A stretch of 64,000 nucleotides of DNA from an uncultured Enterobacteriaceae bacterium (GCA_964629325.1 CAZVSC010000001.1:74083-138082); one strand, 5' to 3'. Numbered from the stretch's first letter, positions 30,120-39,954 are shown. Made by a program: numbers and translations. The notes: generated from the letters alone by a model not told the origin.

Positions 30120-31172
30120 GTGGCACACTTGCTACGCTGCGGGTTCAACCGCAAAAGGCGCTATACTCATGATCCTTTGCCAGTGAGATTCCGTTTGAGC
30201 AGTAAAGCATCCTCTACGCAGCCTGTCAGTGCAAGCGCGGTGACATTCCAGGAAGTCGGCGAGCATCACGCCGGCCAGCGCCTGGATAATTTCCTCATGA
30301 CCCGTCTGAAGGGCGTCCCGAAATCACGCATTTACCGAATCATTCGAAAGGGTGAGGTGCGGGTGAACAAAAAGCGGGAAAAACCCGAATATAAACTGTG
30401 TGCTGGCGACATGATCCGAATTCCGCCAGTGCGCATTGCTGAACCGGGCATCCAGCAACCACCAGCCGAAGCCCTCATTGCACTGCTGAAGGCGTCGGTG
30501 GTTTACAGCGATGATGACCTGATGATCATCAACAAGCCCGCAGGACTCCCCGTACACGGTGGCACAGGTGTGAAAACCGGCCTTATAGAGGCAGTGCGGG
30601 CGATGTCGTCCGAACTGGCATACCTGGAGCTGGCACACCGGTTGGACAAGGGTACGTCAGGATGCCTGCTGCTTGCCCGCAACGGTAAATCCCTCAAGGC
30701 CTTGTCTGCCCAATTCAAGGAAAGCAGGGTGCAGAAAACCTACCATGCCCTGGTGGAAGGTGCCTGGCCGGAAGACATCACGGAAGTCAGTGCTGCACTG
30801 AAAAGGCTTGAGCCGCAGGGTGGCGAGCGTTTCGTTGCGGTGAGCCGGGAAGGAAAATCGGCGATGACCCGTTTCACTGTGCGGGAGCGGTTCCGGGATG
30901 CAACCCTGGTCACCGCACAGCCGGTTACCGGCAGGACACACCAGATTCGGGTGCATGCACAATTGGCAGGACATTCGATTCTTGGCGACGAGAAGTATGC
31001 ATCCGCACCTTCATGCAGACATTTTGCCGACCTGGGTATTCGCCGCCTGTGCCTGCATGCCGCTGAATTGACCCTGCAGCATCCCGCTACCGGCAAGACA
31101 CTTCATGCCGAGGCGCCCTATGATGAGGCATTCAGCCAGGCTCTGAAGATCCTGGCGCAAGCAGTGGATTAA
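30120..31172 (+). CDS. rluC: 23S rRNA pseudouridine synthase RluC (RluA family)
   Basis: It has an S4 domain (GQRLDNFLMTRLKGVPKSRIYRIIRKGEVRVNKKR), the catalytic HRLDKGTSGCLLLA and GRTHQIRVH. The start is uncertain: GTG at 30120 or the in-frame GTG at 30183. Confidence 0.9.
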   Translation: MAHLLRCGFNRKRRYTHDPLPVRFRLSSKASSTQPVSASAVTFQEVGEHHAGQRLDNFLMTRLKGVPKSRIYRIIRKGEVRVNKKREKPEYKLCAGDMIRIPPVRIAEPGIQQPPAEALIALLKASVVYSDDDLMIINKPAGLPVHGGTGVKTGLIEAVRAMSSELAYLELAHRLDKGTSGCLLLARNGKSLKALSAQFKESRVQKTYHALVEGAWPEDITEVSAALKRLEPQGGERFVAVSREGKSAMTRFTVRERFRDATLVTAQPVTGRTHQIRVHAQLAGHSILGDEKYASAPSCRHFADLGIRRLCLHAAELTLQHPATGKTLHAEAPYDEAFSQALKILAQAVD

Positions 31173-31734
31173 GGCCTTCTTCGCGCAGCATATCGACCAG
31201 GGCAATCATCGGCAGGCCGAGCAGGGTGTGGTAATCCCTGCCGTCGAGCGCATCAAACAAGGCGATACCTGCTGCCTCGACCTTGAAACATCCGGCGCAA
31301 TCGAGGGGATTATCGAGACTGATATAACCCCGGATTTCATCATCTGTCAGTGTCCGGAACTTCACCCGGTAACCCTCCACCCGTTTTTGAATCGTGCCGG
31401 TTTCGGTATTCAGAAGCGCCAACCCGGTGCGGAACTCCACCCAGGCGCCACTGCACAGTTTCAGGTGCTTGCGGGCGGCATCAGCATCGGCAGGCTTGCC
31501 CAGGATCAGCCCGTTGAGTGTGCATGCCTGATCGGAGCCGATTACCAGGCTCTCCGGATAGCGCGCTGCCACCGCCCGGGCCTTGGCTTCGGCAAGCCTG
31601 AGCACGTAGTCATCGACTGTCTCGCCCGTCAGCGGTGTTTCATCGATCCCGGGAACACAGGTGTCAAACGGCAGGCGCAACTGGGCAAGCATTTTGACCC
31701 GGTAGGGGGATGAGGAGGCGAGAATCAGCTTCAT
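31132..31734 (-). CDS. yceF: Maf-like nucleoside triphosphate pyrophosphatase (YceF-type by synteny)
   Basis: 200 aa. It starts MKLILASSSPYR and contains VIGSDQ, the Maf fold signature. It is divergent from yceD, as in E. coli. Confidence 0.85.
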   Translation of the reverse strand: MKLILASSSPYRVKMLAQLRLPFDTCVPGIDETPLTGETVDDYVLRLAEAKARAVAARYPESLVIGSDQACTLNGLILGKPADADAARKHLKLCSGAWVEFRTGLALLNTETGTIQKRVEGYRVKFRTLTDDEIRGYISLDNPLDCAGCFKVEAAGIALFDALDGRDYHTLLGLPMIALVDMLREEGLNPLLAPGSSEPG

Positions 31735-31821
31735 AACAATCCAAGTATAATCAATGGGTTTGAGGCCAAAAACGGCAAATTTCTTTGACAGCGGGGCCCT
31801 TCATGCATATTATGCGCGCCT

Positions 31822-32469
31822 ATGTCGATTGACCCCTTTCCGGAGCGCGTTTCACCACGTAAATGGTGCGACAGAAACGGGACAATAAACAGCTCCATAC
31901 CTCTTGGCAAACTCCTGCGATTAAGTGAGTACCTGGATGAAAATCATGGCCAGGCGGAGGTGTGTTTAAGCTTTGACAGGGATGCCAGTGGCACCTGCTG
32001 CCTGACCGGCACCGTGACCGCCCGGGTTAGCTTGGAATGCCAGCGCTGCCTGAAGCCGGTAGCGGTGGACCTGGAATCGGCTGTGGCTATCAAGGTGGCC
32101 GCCAATGAGGCGGACTCAGCGAGGATAGCCGAAAGTGCGGCAGACCCGCTGGACAAGCTGGAGATCATCGTCTGCGACGACGGCGAACTGAACCTGCTGT
32201 CGGTGATCGAGGATGAACTGATCATGAGCTTGCCCATCGTGGCCAGCCATGCCGATGAGCAGTGCAGCGAAGCCTGGAACAGGTTGCATGCACAGCCCCC
32301 GGATACAGCCCGGGCTGGACAGGGTAACATCAAGGGCATGGAAGTCCTGGAAAAGCTTAGACAGGAACTGCACCAGGATAACGAACTGAAGGACAGTACG
32401 ACGCGTGACAAAAAACGCGGCAAGAAACGCAAGAAAGGCAAGAAAGGCACCGAACAAGACAAGGACTGA
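31822..32469 (+). CDS. yceD: YceD (DUF177) large-subunit rRNA accumulation protein, with an extra Lys-rich C-terminal tail
   Basis: It has the CQRCLKPV zinc-ribbon-like motif and DELIMSLPIV, and sits immediately upstream of rpmF. The tail is DSTTRDKKRGKKRKKGKKGTEQDKD. Confidence 0.85.
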   Translation: MSIDPFPERVSPRKWCDRNGTINSSIPLGKLLRLSEYLDENHGQAEVCLSFDRDASGTCCLTGTVTARVSLECQRCLKPVAVDLESAVAIKVAANEADSARIAESAADPLDKLEIIVCDDGELNLLSVIEDELIMSLPIVASHADEQCSEAWNRLHAQPPDTARAGQGNIKGMEVLEKLRQELHQDNELKDSTTRDKKRGKKRKKGKKGTEQDKD

Positions 32470-32510
32470 CCGGCAACGATCGGGCACAGGACAAACCGAG
32501 GTAAGCAACC

Positions 32511-32690
32511 ATGGCTGTACAAAAGAGCAAGGTATCACGCTCCAGGCGCAACATGCGCCGTGCGCATGATTCACTGAAACCCGCGACCGTTTCAACCGAC
32601 GCGGAAACCGGTGAAAGGCATCGTCGTCACCACATGACGCCGGATGGCTTTTACAAAGGCAGGCAGATCGTTCGCAACAGCGACGACTGA
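32511..32690 (+). CDS. rpmF: 50S ribosomal protein L32
   Basis: Missing from the ORF track (59 aa). My translation is [64 protein letters not shown]-containing RBS lies upstream and the position after yceD is conserved. Confidence 0.95.
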   Translation: MAVQKSKVSRSRRNMRRAHDSLKPATVSTDAETGERHRRHHMTPDGFYKGRQIVRNSDD

Positions 32691-32736
32691 ACCTAGCACC
32701 AGGGGTTGGCAAGACCCCTGGCTGATTTATCATTCT

Positions 32737-32769
32737 GAAAGCAGCTCATGACGGGCTGCTTTCTGTTTT
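32737..32769 (+). terminator. Rho-independent terminator after rpmF
   Basis: GAAAGCAGC-TCATGACGG-GCTGCTTTC followed by TGTTTTA. Confidence 0.7.
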
Positions 32770-32800
32770 ATAAATCTGCATTCGCGGGGAACCAGAAGTT

Positions 32801-33748
32801 ATGCAAACGGGCAATACCGGATTCATTTTCCCAGGGCAGGGCTCACAGAAAGTGGGCATGCTCAGTGAACTGGCAGAAGCCTTCGACGGGGTACAGGCCA
32901 CCTTTGATGAGGCCAGCAATGTGCTCGGTTACGATCTCTGGGCACTCGTGCAGTCAGGGCCGGAAGAAGAACTCGCACTGACCCATATCACGCAGCCCGC
33001 CATCCTGACGGCTTCCGTCGCCATCTGGCGGCTATGGCTGGAGCAGGGAGGCGGCGAACCGGCCATTATGGCGGGGCACAGCCTCGGTGAATACTCGGCA
33101 CTGACCTGTGCCGGCGCACTGGCATTTGCTGATGCGGTGGGGCTGGTCCAGAAACGCGGCCAGTACATGCAGTCAGCCGTCCCCGTAGGGGTTGGCGCCA
33201 TGGCTGCCATTGTCGGGCTGGACGATGACAAGGTCATTGCCGCCTGTAAACAGGCACGTGAGTCCCAGGAAGTGGCAGCCGTGAATTTCAATTCCCCTGG
33301 CCAGGTGGTAATCGCCGGACATGCCGAGGCGGTTGCCAGGGCATCGGAGCTGTGCAAGGCCGCCGGCGCCAAGCGAGCCTTGCCCCTGCCGGTATCCGCA
33401 CCATTCCATTCCCGTCTCATGAAACCTGCCGCTGACAACTTTGCCGCGGACCTGGCCGCCGTTTCCTTCCAGGCTCCCCGGGTGCCCGTACTGCAGAATT
33501 TTGGCCTGGAACCCCCTTCGGATCCTGACGTCATTCGCAACAACCTGGTCAGCCAGATTTACAACCCGGTACCCTGGGTGGATACCATCAACCGGTTTGC
33601 GGCGCTAGGCATATCCACCGTCGTCGAAATCGGTCCAGGCCGGGTACTCAACGGACTGAACAAACGCATCAACGGCGAAATGAGCGCAATGACTGTCAAT
33701 GACCCCGCCAGCCTTGAAGCTGCATTGACGGAAGTCGGCTCAGCCTGA
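32801..33748 (+). CDS. fabD: Malonyl-CoA:ACP transacylase
   Basis: 315 aa. It has FIFPGQGSQKVGM, the active-site GHSLGEYSAL and PVSAPFHS. Confidence 0.95.
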   Translation: MQTGNTGFIFPGQGSQKVGMLSELAEAFDGVQATFDEASNVLGYDLWALVQSGPEEELALTHITQPAILTASVAIWRLWLEQGGGEPAIMAGHSLGEYSALTCAGALAFADAVGLVQKRGQYMQSAVPVGVGAMAAIVGLDDDKVIAACKQARESQEVAAVNFNSPGQVVIAGHAEAVARASELCKAAGAKRALPLPVSAPFHSRLMKPAADNFAADLAAVSFQAPRVPVLQNFGLEPPSDPDVIRNNLVSQIYNPVPWVDTINRFAALGISTVVEIGPGRVLNGLNKRINGEMSAMTVNDPASLEAALTEVGSA

Positions 33749-33766
33749 GCAAAACAGGAATACTTC

Positions 33767-34510
33767 ATGAATGATTCAGTGAAAAAAATTGCAGTCGTCA
33801 CAGGCGCCTCCCGCGGTATCGGCAAGGCCATTGCCCTGGCTCTGGGCCAGACTGCCACTGTTATCGGCACGGCCACTTCTGAACAGGGCGCAGAAAACAT
33901 TACGGCTTACCTGGAAGGTAACGGTATCGAGGGCAGGGGCTATTGCCTTGATGTTTCGTCCGATGCATCCGTCGAGGCTTTTGCCGATACCGTGCAGGAA
34001 GCGTTCGGCCCTGTGTCCATCCTGGTCAACAATGCCGGTATTACCCGTGACAATATACTCATGCGCATGAAAAGCGATGAGTGGGACCAGGTCATCAACA
34101 CCAATCTCAGTTCCATCTACCGCATGTCCAAGGCACTGGTCAGGGGCATGACCAAGGCCCGTTGGGGACGCATCATCAGCATCAGTTCTGTCGTTGGCTC
34201 CAGCGGTAATGTCGGGCAGTCAAACTATGCGGCAGCCAAGGCCGGGCTGGAAGGATTCTCACGGGCACTGGCAATGGAGATCGGTTCCCGCGGCATCACC
34301 GTGAATGCCGTGGCTCCCGGTTTCATCGATACGGATATGACCCGGGAGCTCGGGGAAGAACAGACCAATCTCCTGCTCTCGAAGATTCCGCTGGCACGTT
34401 ACGGACAACCGGAAGAAATCGCCGCTGTGGTGGCATTTCTTGCGTCAGATCAAGCTGGCTACATTACTGGTGAAACCGTGCATGTGAACGGTGGAATGTA
34501 TATGGGATAA
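33767..34510 (+). CDS. fabG: 3-oxoacyl-ACP reductase
   Basis: 247 aa. It has VTGASRGIGKAIA, NNAGITRD and the catalytic YAAAKAG. The position fabD-fabG-acpP supports the call. Confidence 0.95.
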   Translation: MNDSVKKIAVVTGASRGIGKAIALALGQTATVIGTATSEQGAENITAYLEGNGIEGRGYCLDVSSDASVEAFADTVQEAFGPVSILVNNAGITRDNILMRMKSDEWDQVINTNLSSIYRMSKALVRGMTKARWGRIISISSVVGSSGNVGQSNYAAAKAGLEGFSRALAMEIGSRGITVNAVAPGFIDTDMTRELGEEQTNLLLSKIPLARYGQPEEIAAVVAFLASDQAGYITGETVHVNGGMYMG

Positions 34511-34732
34511 TGCGCGACAAAAGTCCGCTAGCTTATTGAAAATAAAAAGTTTTTTCAGAGCCAAATTAACAAATTTTTAAGATTACATAATTAATTAAGT
34601 TACGGTAAACTGCGCTGATTGTTGCGCAGGGGCCCAACCCCCAGTTAACTGAATTAATTAATAATTCAAACTAGATACCTAATTTTTTGCATTCTATTTA
34701 TTTACTAGGAGCCAACAGGAGCTAAGAAGAAT

Positions 34733-34966
34733 ATGAGCAGCGTTGAAGAACGAGTGAAGAAGATTGTCGCAGAACAACTCGGAGTCAAAGAAGAAGAGGT
34801 GAAAAGCACATCGTCGTTCGTTGAGGATCTGGGTGCCGACTCCCTGGACACCGTTGAACTGGTAATGGCCCTGGAAGAAGAATTCGAAACAGAAATTCCC
34901 GACGAAGAAGCCGAAAAAATCACCACTGTTCAGCTGGCAATCAATTACGTCAACGAACACCTGTAA
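34733..34966 (+). CDS. acpP: Acyl carrier protein
   Basis: 77 aa. It starts [18 protein letters not shown] and has the phosphopantetheine site [19 protein letters not shown]. Confidence 0.97.
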   Translation: MSSVEERVKKIVAEQLGVKEEEVKSTSSFVEDLGADSLDTVELVMALEEEFETEIPDEEAEKITTVQLAINYVNEHL

Positions 34967-34987
34967 CAACAACTGAACAACGAATCC

Positions 34988-35025
34988 AAAGCTACTTTCG
35001 GCTGCCCGAAAGTAGCTTTTTTATT
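34988..35025 (+). terminator. Rho-independent terminator/attenuator after acpP
   Basis: AAAGCTACTTTCGG-CTGC-CCGAAAGTAGCTTT followed by a T-run. Confidence 0.8.
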
Positions 35026-35133
35026 GCCCGGCGTGAAACTGCCCGAACCCCCCAGCATGGCACCCCGAACCACGTTGTCCAACGGCAAGGGAATTCAGTA
35101 TATTTAGCCGGCAACATCATCGAGGAATCACTT

Positions 35134-36372
35134 TTGTCCAGAAGAAGAGTAGTTGTCACCGGCATGGGCGCCATTACGCCTTTGGGCAGCAGCGTCCAGA
35201 CGACCTGGGTTGGTCTCAAAGCCGGCAAGAGCGGCATATCAGCCATTGACGAATTCGATGCATCCGCCTACAGCACCCGTTTTGGCGGCCTGATCCGCGA
35301 TTTCAACGTCGAGGACTACATGCCGCTGCGCGAGGCCAGGCGTATGGATGAATTCCTGCATTACGGCATAGCGGCTGGCAAGCAGGCCATGGCTGACGCG
35401 GGCTTCGAAAGCGCCGGATACTCTCCCCTCAGGGTCGGGATCGCCATTGGATCCGGTATCGGTGGCATCACCAATATCGAGAACACGGTCGAACTCATCA
35501 AGGACAAGGGGCCGCGCAAGGTTTCACCGTATTTCGTGCCAGGCTCCATCATCAATATGGTCGCGGGCACCCTGTCCATCGAATTCGACATAAAGGGGCC
35601 CAACCTGGCCATCTCCACGGCCTGTACGACCGGCACTCACTGTATTGGCCTGGCCGCCCGCATGATCGCTTACGGCGACGCGGATGCCATGGTGGCGGGC
35701 GGGGCGGAAAAACCCCTGTCCAAGGCCGGGCTGGGCGGCTTCTGTGCCGCCAGGGCGCTGTCGACACGCAACGATGATCCGGCTGCCGCCAGCAGGCCCT
35801 GGGATGCCGATCGCGACGGCTTTGTCCTGAGTGACGGTGCCGGCATCCTGGTGCTGGAAGAATATGAAGCCGCCAGGAAACGCGGCGCTACTATCTATGC
35901 CGAAGTCGCCGGTTTCGGCATGAGCGGCGATGCCTACCACATAACGTCGCCTTCAGAAGACGGCGCGGGTGCTGCACAGTGCATGCAGAATGCCCTCGAT
36001 GATGCCCGCCTGAATCCTTCCCAGATCCAGTATATAAATGCCCATGGCACCTCGACCATGGCGGGTGACCTGGCGGAGACCATGGCCATCAAGAAAGTCT
36101 TTGGCAACCACAGCAACCAGTTGGCGATCAGTTCCATCAAATCGATGATCGGTCATTCCCTGGGCGCCACCGGCGCCGTGGAAGCGATCTTTTCCATACT
36201 CAGCCTGAGAGAGAATATCGCGCCACCCACCATCAACCTGGACAATCCCGGCGAAGCGTGTGATCTCGATTACGTCCCAAACACGGCACGTGACATGGCG
36301 ATGGATGCAGTAATGACCAATTCCTTCGGTTTTGGCGGTACCAACGGCAGCCTGATCTTTACCCGGGTCTGA
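35134..36372 (+). CDS. fabF: 3-oxoacyl-ACP synthase II
   Basis: 412 aa with a TTG start. It has RRVVVTGMG, the active-site [15 protein letters not shown] and [11 protein letters not shown]. Confidence 0.95.
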   Translation: MSRRRVVVTGMGAITPLGSSVQTTWVGLKAGKSGISAIDEFDASAYSTRFGGLIRDFNVEDYMPLREARRMDEFLHYGIAAGKQAMADAGFESAGYSPLRVGIAIGSGIGGITNIENTVELIKDKGPRKVSPYFVPGSIINMVAGTLSIEFDIKGPNLAISTACTTGTHCIGLAARMIAYGDADAMVAGGAEKPLSKAGLGGFCAARALSTRNDDPAAASRPWDADRDGFVLSDGAGILVLEEYEAARKRGATIYAEVAGFGMSGDAYHITSPSEDGAGAAQCMQNALDDARLNPSQIQYINAHGTSTMAGDLAETMAIKKVFGNHSNQLAISSIKSMIGHSLGATGAVEAIFSILSLRENIAPPTINLDNPGEACDLDYVPNTARDMAMDAVMTNSFGFGGTNGSLIFTRV

Positions 36373-36380
36373 GAGTACAC

Positions 36381-37211
36381 ATGCCAGTCAACGGAATGCC
36401 CCGGGATAACATCACTATAAGTGACCGGGGACTGGCCTATGGTGACGGCGTCTTTGAAACGATCCGGATACACGCTCACAAGCCCGTGCTGCTGGAAAGG
36501 CATCTCGAGCGCCTGGAAGAAGGGATACGGCGCCTGCAGATTCCGCTGGAACGCAGTTTGCTCGACCAGGATATCACGCAGCTGACACCTGAATTTCCTG
36601 CCCGGGGCATCTTGAAAATCATTGTCACGCGCGGCAGCGGGGGCAGGGGATATGCCCCTGGCGCAGCGCCGACTCCGTCCCGCATTCTCAGTCTGCATGA
36701 ATTGCCCGATTACAGTTCGACGCAGCCCGGCAACGGCATAAAAGCATTCGTCTGCCGGCAACGCCTGGCGATACAGCCGGCGCTGGCCGGCATCAAGCAT
36801 CTGAACCGGCTGGAACAGGTGCTGGCTTCCCTGGAGTGGCCCGATCCCGGCTTCATGGAAGGACTCATGCTCGATATGAAAGACCATATTGTAGAGGGTA
36901 CCCGCAGCAATGTGTTCTGGGCGGAATCGGGTCGACTCATGACACCGGCGCTTATCGGTGCCGGCGTGGCCGGCACACTGCGCAGCCACATCATCGGCAC
37001 CATGCAGGGTGTTGTCGAAGTGGGGGACTGCACCCTGGCGAGACTCTGCAGCGCGGATGAAGTGTTCTTTTGCAACAGCATCAACGGGGTGTGGCCGGTC
37101 AATACCTTGGTTGCCGGTGAAACACATACGAATTTCGACAAGTCGAAGCGCCGGTTCAGCCAGTCATGTGCAGATCTTTTTGACAGTCTTCTGGCTGACC
37201 AGGACATCTGA
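36381..37211 (+). CDS. pabC: Aminodeoxychorismate lyase (class IV PLP enzyme)
   Basis: 276 aa. It has RGLAYGDGVFETIR and a fold-type IV pattern. The position between fabF and mltG is conserved. Confidence 0.85.
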   Translation: MPVNGMPRDNITISDRGLAYGDGVFETIRIHAHKPVLLERHLERLEEGIRRLQIPLERSLLDQDITQLTPEFPARGILKIIVTRGSGGRGYAPGAAPTPSRILSLHELPDYSSTQPGNGIKAFVCRQRLAIQPALAGIKHLNRLEQVLASLEWPDPGFMEGLMLDMKDHIVEGTRSNVFWAESGRLMTPALIGAGVAGTLRSHIIGTMQGVVEVGDCTLARLCSADEVFFCNSINGVWPVNTLVAGETHTNFDKSKRRFSQSCADLFDSLLADQDI

Positions 37212-37257
37212 AAAACCGTAAACTGAAAGCCGGAAGTGGATACAAGGCATACGCAAC

Positions 37258-38268
37258 GTGCGAATCAGCAGAAAACAGTTGCTGCTCTGGGGATGGATCA
37301 TCGTCGCCTGCGGTATGTTGCGTGGCGTTTTCTTCCTGCAGCACATCAACGCCCCTCTGATACTGGCCGAACCGTACACGGCGGACGTTAGCGGCGGTAC
37401 CACCTTCAACAGGCTGGTCACCCGACTGGCCAATGCAGGAATCATCGCAAATCCCTTCGATGTCAGGCTGTACGCCAGGCTGAGCGGCAGGGCGAACAAC
37501 ATCAAGGCAGGCGAATATGCCCTCACGCCCGGCATGACGTCACGCGACCTGCTGGACAAACTGGTTGCGGGCGATGTCATCGTGCATCAGGTGGTTCTGC
37601 TCGAAGGCTGGACACTTTCCCAGGCACTGGCGGCGATCCAGGACCACCCGATGATGACGGCATCACTCGACCCAGCCGACCCCGAGGCACTGCAAACAGC
37701 CCTTGGTTCGCCCGTGTACCCGGAAGGGATGATTTTTCCCGATACCTACAATTTCAGCCGCGGCATGACGGATCATGAACTGCTGCGTCGCGCTTACCAG
37801 AAAATGACGGAAGTGCTTGCAGAGGAATGGCCCGGACGTGATGTCGGCCTGCCGTACGATGACGAATATGACGCATTGATCATGGCGTCCATCATTGAAA
37901 AGGAAACGGCCCTGGCTTCAGAGCGCCAGCAGATTGCCGGCGTTTTCGTGAGACGACTGCAGCAGGGGATGCGCCTGCAGACCGATCCTACGGTGATCTA
38001 CGGGATGGGCGAGAACTTTTCAGGCGACCTGACCCGTGCCGATCTGCGCCGCCAGTCACCCTACAACACTTACCTGAATGCAGGCCTGCCGCCGACACCC
38101 ATCGCCTTGCCCGGCAGGGAATCCATTCATGCGAGCCTGCATCCCGACCAGGGTGATACACTTTACTTCGTTGCACGCGGTGACGGCAGTCACCAGTTTT
38201 CCTCCACACTGGAGGAACACGAGCGTGCTGTACAGCAATACCAGTTAGGCAGGCAGCAGGATCAATGA
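37258..38268 (+). CDS. mltG: Endolytic murein transglycosylase MltG (YceG)
   Basis: 336 aa. It has an N-terminal TM helix, ASIIEKE, and the YNTYLNAGLPPTPIALPG and YFVA motifs of YceG. Confidence 0.9.
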   Translation: MRISRKQLLLWGWIIVACGMLRGVFFLQHINAPLILAEPYTADVSGGTTFNRLVTRLANAGIIANPFDVRLYARLSGRANNIKAGEYALTPGMTSRDLLDKLVAGDVIVHQVVLLEGWTLSQALAAIQDHPMMTASLDPADPEALQTALGSPVYPEGMIFPDTYNFSRGMTDHELLRRAYQKMTEVLAEEWPGRDVGLPYDDEYDALIMASIIEKETALASERQQIAGVFVRRLQQGMRLQTDPTVIYGMGENFSGDLTRADLRRQSPYNTYLNAGLPPTPIALPGRESIHASLHPDQGDTLYFVARGDGSHQFSSTLEEHERAVQQYQLGRQQDQ

Positions 38269-38930
38269 CAGAGCAGCCCAGTTCCGCAACCGCGGGTTTC
38301 ATCGTGTTCGAAGGTGTGGACGGCGCCGGCAAGGGCGTCCAGAGCCGCATGCTGCTGAAGGCCATGGAATCGGCAGGCATGCCTGTCATCCTGACCCGTG
38401 AACCCGGCGGCTCTCCCGGCGCCGAAGAAATCAGGCGACTGATCGTGGAGGGTGACGTGGGCCGCTGGGATGACATGACTGAATTGCTGCTCATTTACGC
38501 AGCACGTCGCTCACATCTGGTCGAAACCATCTGGCCGGCGCTGGCACGAGGCACCTGGGTCATCTCCGACAGGTTTGCTGATTCATCGCGCGCCTTCCAG
38601 GGCGTCGCCGGCGGCCTTGGCCTGGAGACTGTCGAAAGCATTCATGCAAAAGTAGTCGGCGATTTCTGCCCCGACCTGACGCTTATCCTTGACCTCGACC
38701 CGGCAGTCTCGCTGAAGCGGGCTGATGCCCGCGGCAGCCATGAAGACCGCTTTGAACAGAAAGGTCTCGAATACCAGGCCAGGGTCAGGGCAGGTTTCCA
38801 GCAATTGGCAAAGGCAACCCCCGGGTCGCGGTTGCTGATCGAAGCCGACGGCAGCATGGACAGTGTCAGCCAGTCCATCCTGGACCGGGTCAATGCGCGC
38901 TTCGACCTGGCACTGACACTACCAGAATAA
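38265..38930 (+). CDS. tmk: Thymidylate kinase
   Basis: 221 aa. The P-loop is FIVFEGVDGAGKG, followed by TREPGG and the DRF lid. Its start overlaps the mltG stop (ATGA). Confidence 0.93.
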   Translation: MTEQPSSATAGFIVFEGVDGAGKGVQSRMLLKAMESAGMPVILTREPGGSPGAEEIRRLIVEGDVGRWDDMTELLLIYAARRSHLVETIWPALARGTWVISDRFADSSRAFQGVAGGLGLETVESIHAKVVGDFCPDLTLILDLDPAVSLKRADARGSHEDRFEQKGLEYQARVRAGFQQLAKATPGSRLLIEADGSMDSVSQSILDRVNARFDLALTLPE

Positions 38931-38941
38931 AGAACTGCCCT

Positions 38942-39940
38942 ATGAGTGAACACGCTACCGAACTGTTGCCCTGGATGGAAGCTGACTATCGCCGCCTCCT
39001 GGGACTGGCCGCAAACGGCAAGCTTGCCCATGCCTACCTTTTTGGTGGCCAGGAAGGGCTTGGAAAACTGGCGCTGGCCAGGCATTTCGCCCATTACCTT
39101 TTATGCACCGAAAAGCACGATGAGCAGCCCTGCGGCCACTGTCGTGAATGCCAGTTACTGGCAGCCGGCACTCATCCCGACATGAAGCTCATTCAGCCGG
39201 AGGATTCCAACGAGATCAAGATTGACCAGATTCGTGAAACCATTGAATTCATCAACAAAACCTCGCAGAGGGGCGGTTACAAGATTGTCCTGATAAGACC
39301 CGCTGAAGCCATGAATATCAGCAGCGCCAATGCCTTGCTCAAGGTGCTGGAGGAGCCATCACCGAACACACTGCTGATCCTGGTTTCCCACCAGCCTGCA
39401 CTGTTGATGGCTACGATCCGCAGCCGCTGCCATGGCATGGGATTCAATCGCCCGGCACCCGCCGTTGTCATACCCTGGCTTGAGGCCAAGAACATCCGCG
39501 CATCGGCCAGTGAACTGCTGCGTATGGCCAACAACGTCCCCTTGCGTGCACTCGAACTCGCCGACGAAGATGCCGTACATGACCGCACCGTGCTTCACGG
39601 CGTCCTGGAGAAACTGGTGCGCAAGGAAATTGGAATTGCTGAAGCCGCCGCCGCATGTGAAAGCTATGGCCTTGAAGACAACATCGAGGCGATGATGTTG
39701 TGTACTTCCGACATCCTGACTCACAACCAGACGCTGTCCGGCGATTCAGCCAGCCCCTTGCACGACCATGACCTGGCTTCGCTGGCGGCAAATTTCCGCA
39801 GCACTGCTAAACTGATAAAGCTGCACGACTTTTACCGGCAGCTGGTCAAGGCCAGGCGTGCCGTTAAAAGCACGTCCAATCCAAACGGACTGCTGATTCT
39901 GGAGTCGCTGTTTTACAACTGGTCCAGGACAGTCAACTGA
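38942..39940 (+). CDS. holB: DNA polymerase III delta-prime subunit
   Basis: 332 aa. It has LAHAYLFGGQEGLGK, the zinc module CGHCRECQ, and NALLKVLEEP ... SRC. Confidence 0.9.
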   Translation: MSEHATELLPWMEADYRRLLGLAANGKLAHAYLFGGQEGLGKLALARHFAHYLLCTEKHDEQPCGHCRECQLLAAGTHPDMKLIQPEDSNEIKIDQIRETIEFINKTSQRGGYKIVLIRPAEAMNISSANALLKVLEEPSPNTLLILVSHQPALLMATIRSRCHGMGFNRPAPAVVIPWLEAKNIRASASELLRMANNVPLRALELADEDAVHDRTVLHGVLEKLVRKEIGIAEAAAACESYGLEDNIEAMMLCTSDILTHNQTLSGDSASPLHDHDLASLAANFRSTAKLIKLHDFYRQLVKARRAVKSTSNPNGLLILESLFYNWSRTVN

Positions 39941-39954
39941 TTACAGGAACAGGG

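Noticed and set aside
29305-30186. ORFs inside the rne-rluC spacer (29305-29760, 29355-29693 and 29785-30186).
   Set aside because: They overlap each other in different frames, are Cys/Leu/Ser/Arg-rich without motifs, and have no RBS. The region is better explained as leader or promoter DNA.
34550-34562. A 13-mer, TTTTTTCAGAGCC, shared between the acpP upstream region (34550-34562) and the gor upstream region (44631-44643).
   Set aside because: A single shared 13-mer is within chance expectation for all-against-all comparison in 64 kb (tens of such matches are expected). No extended similarity flanks it.
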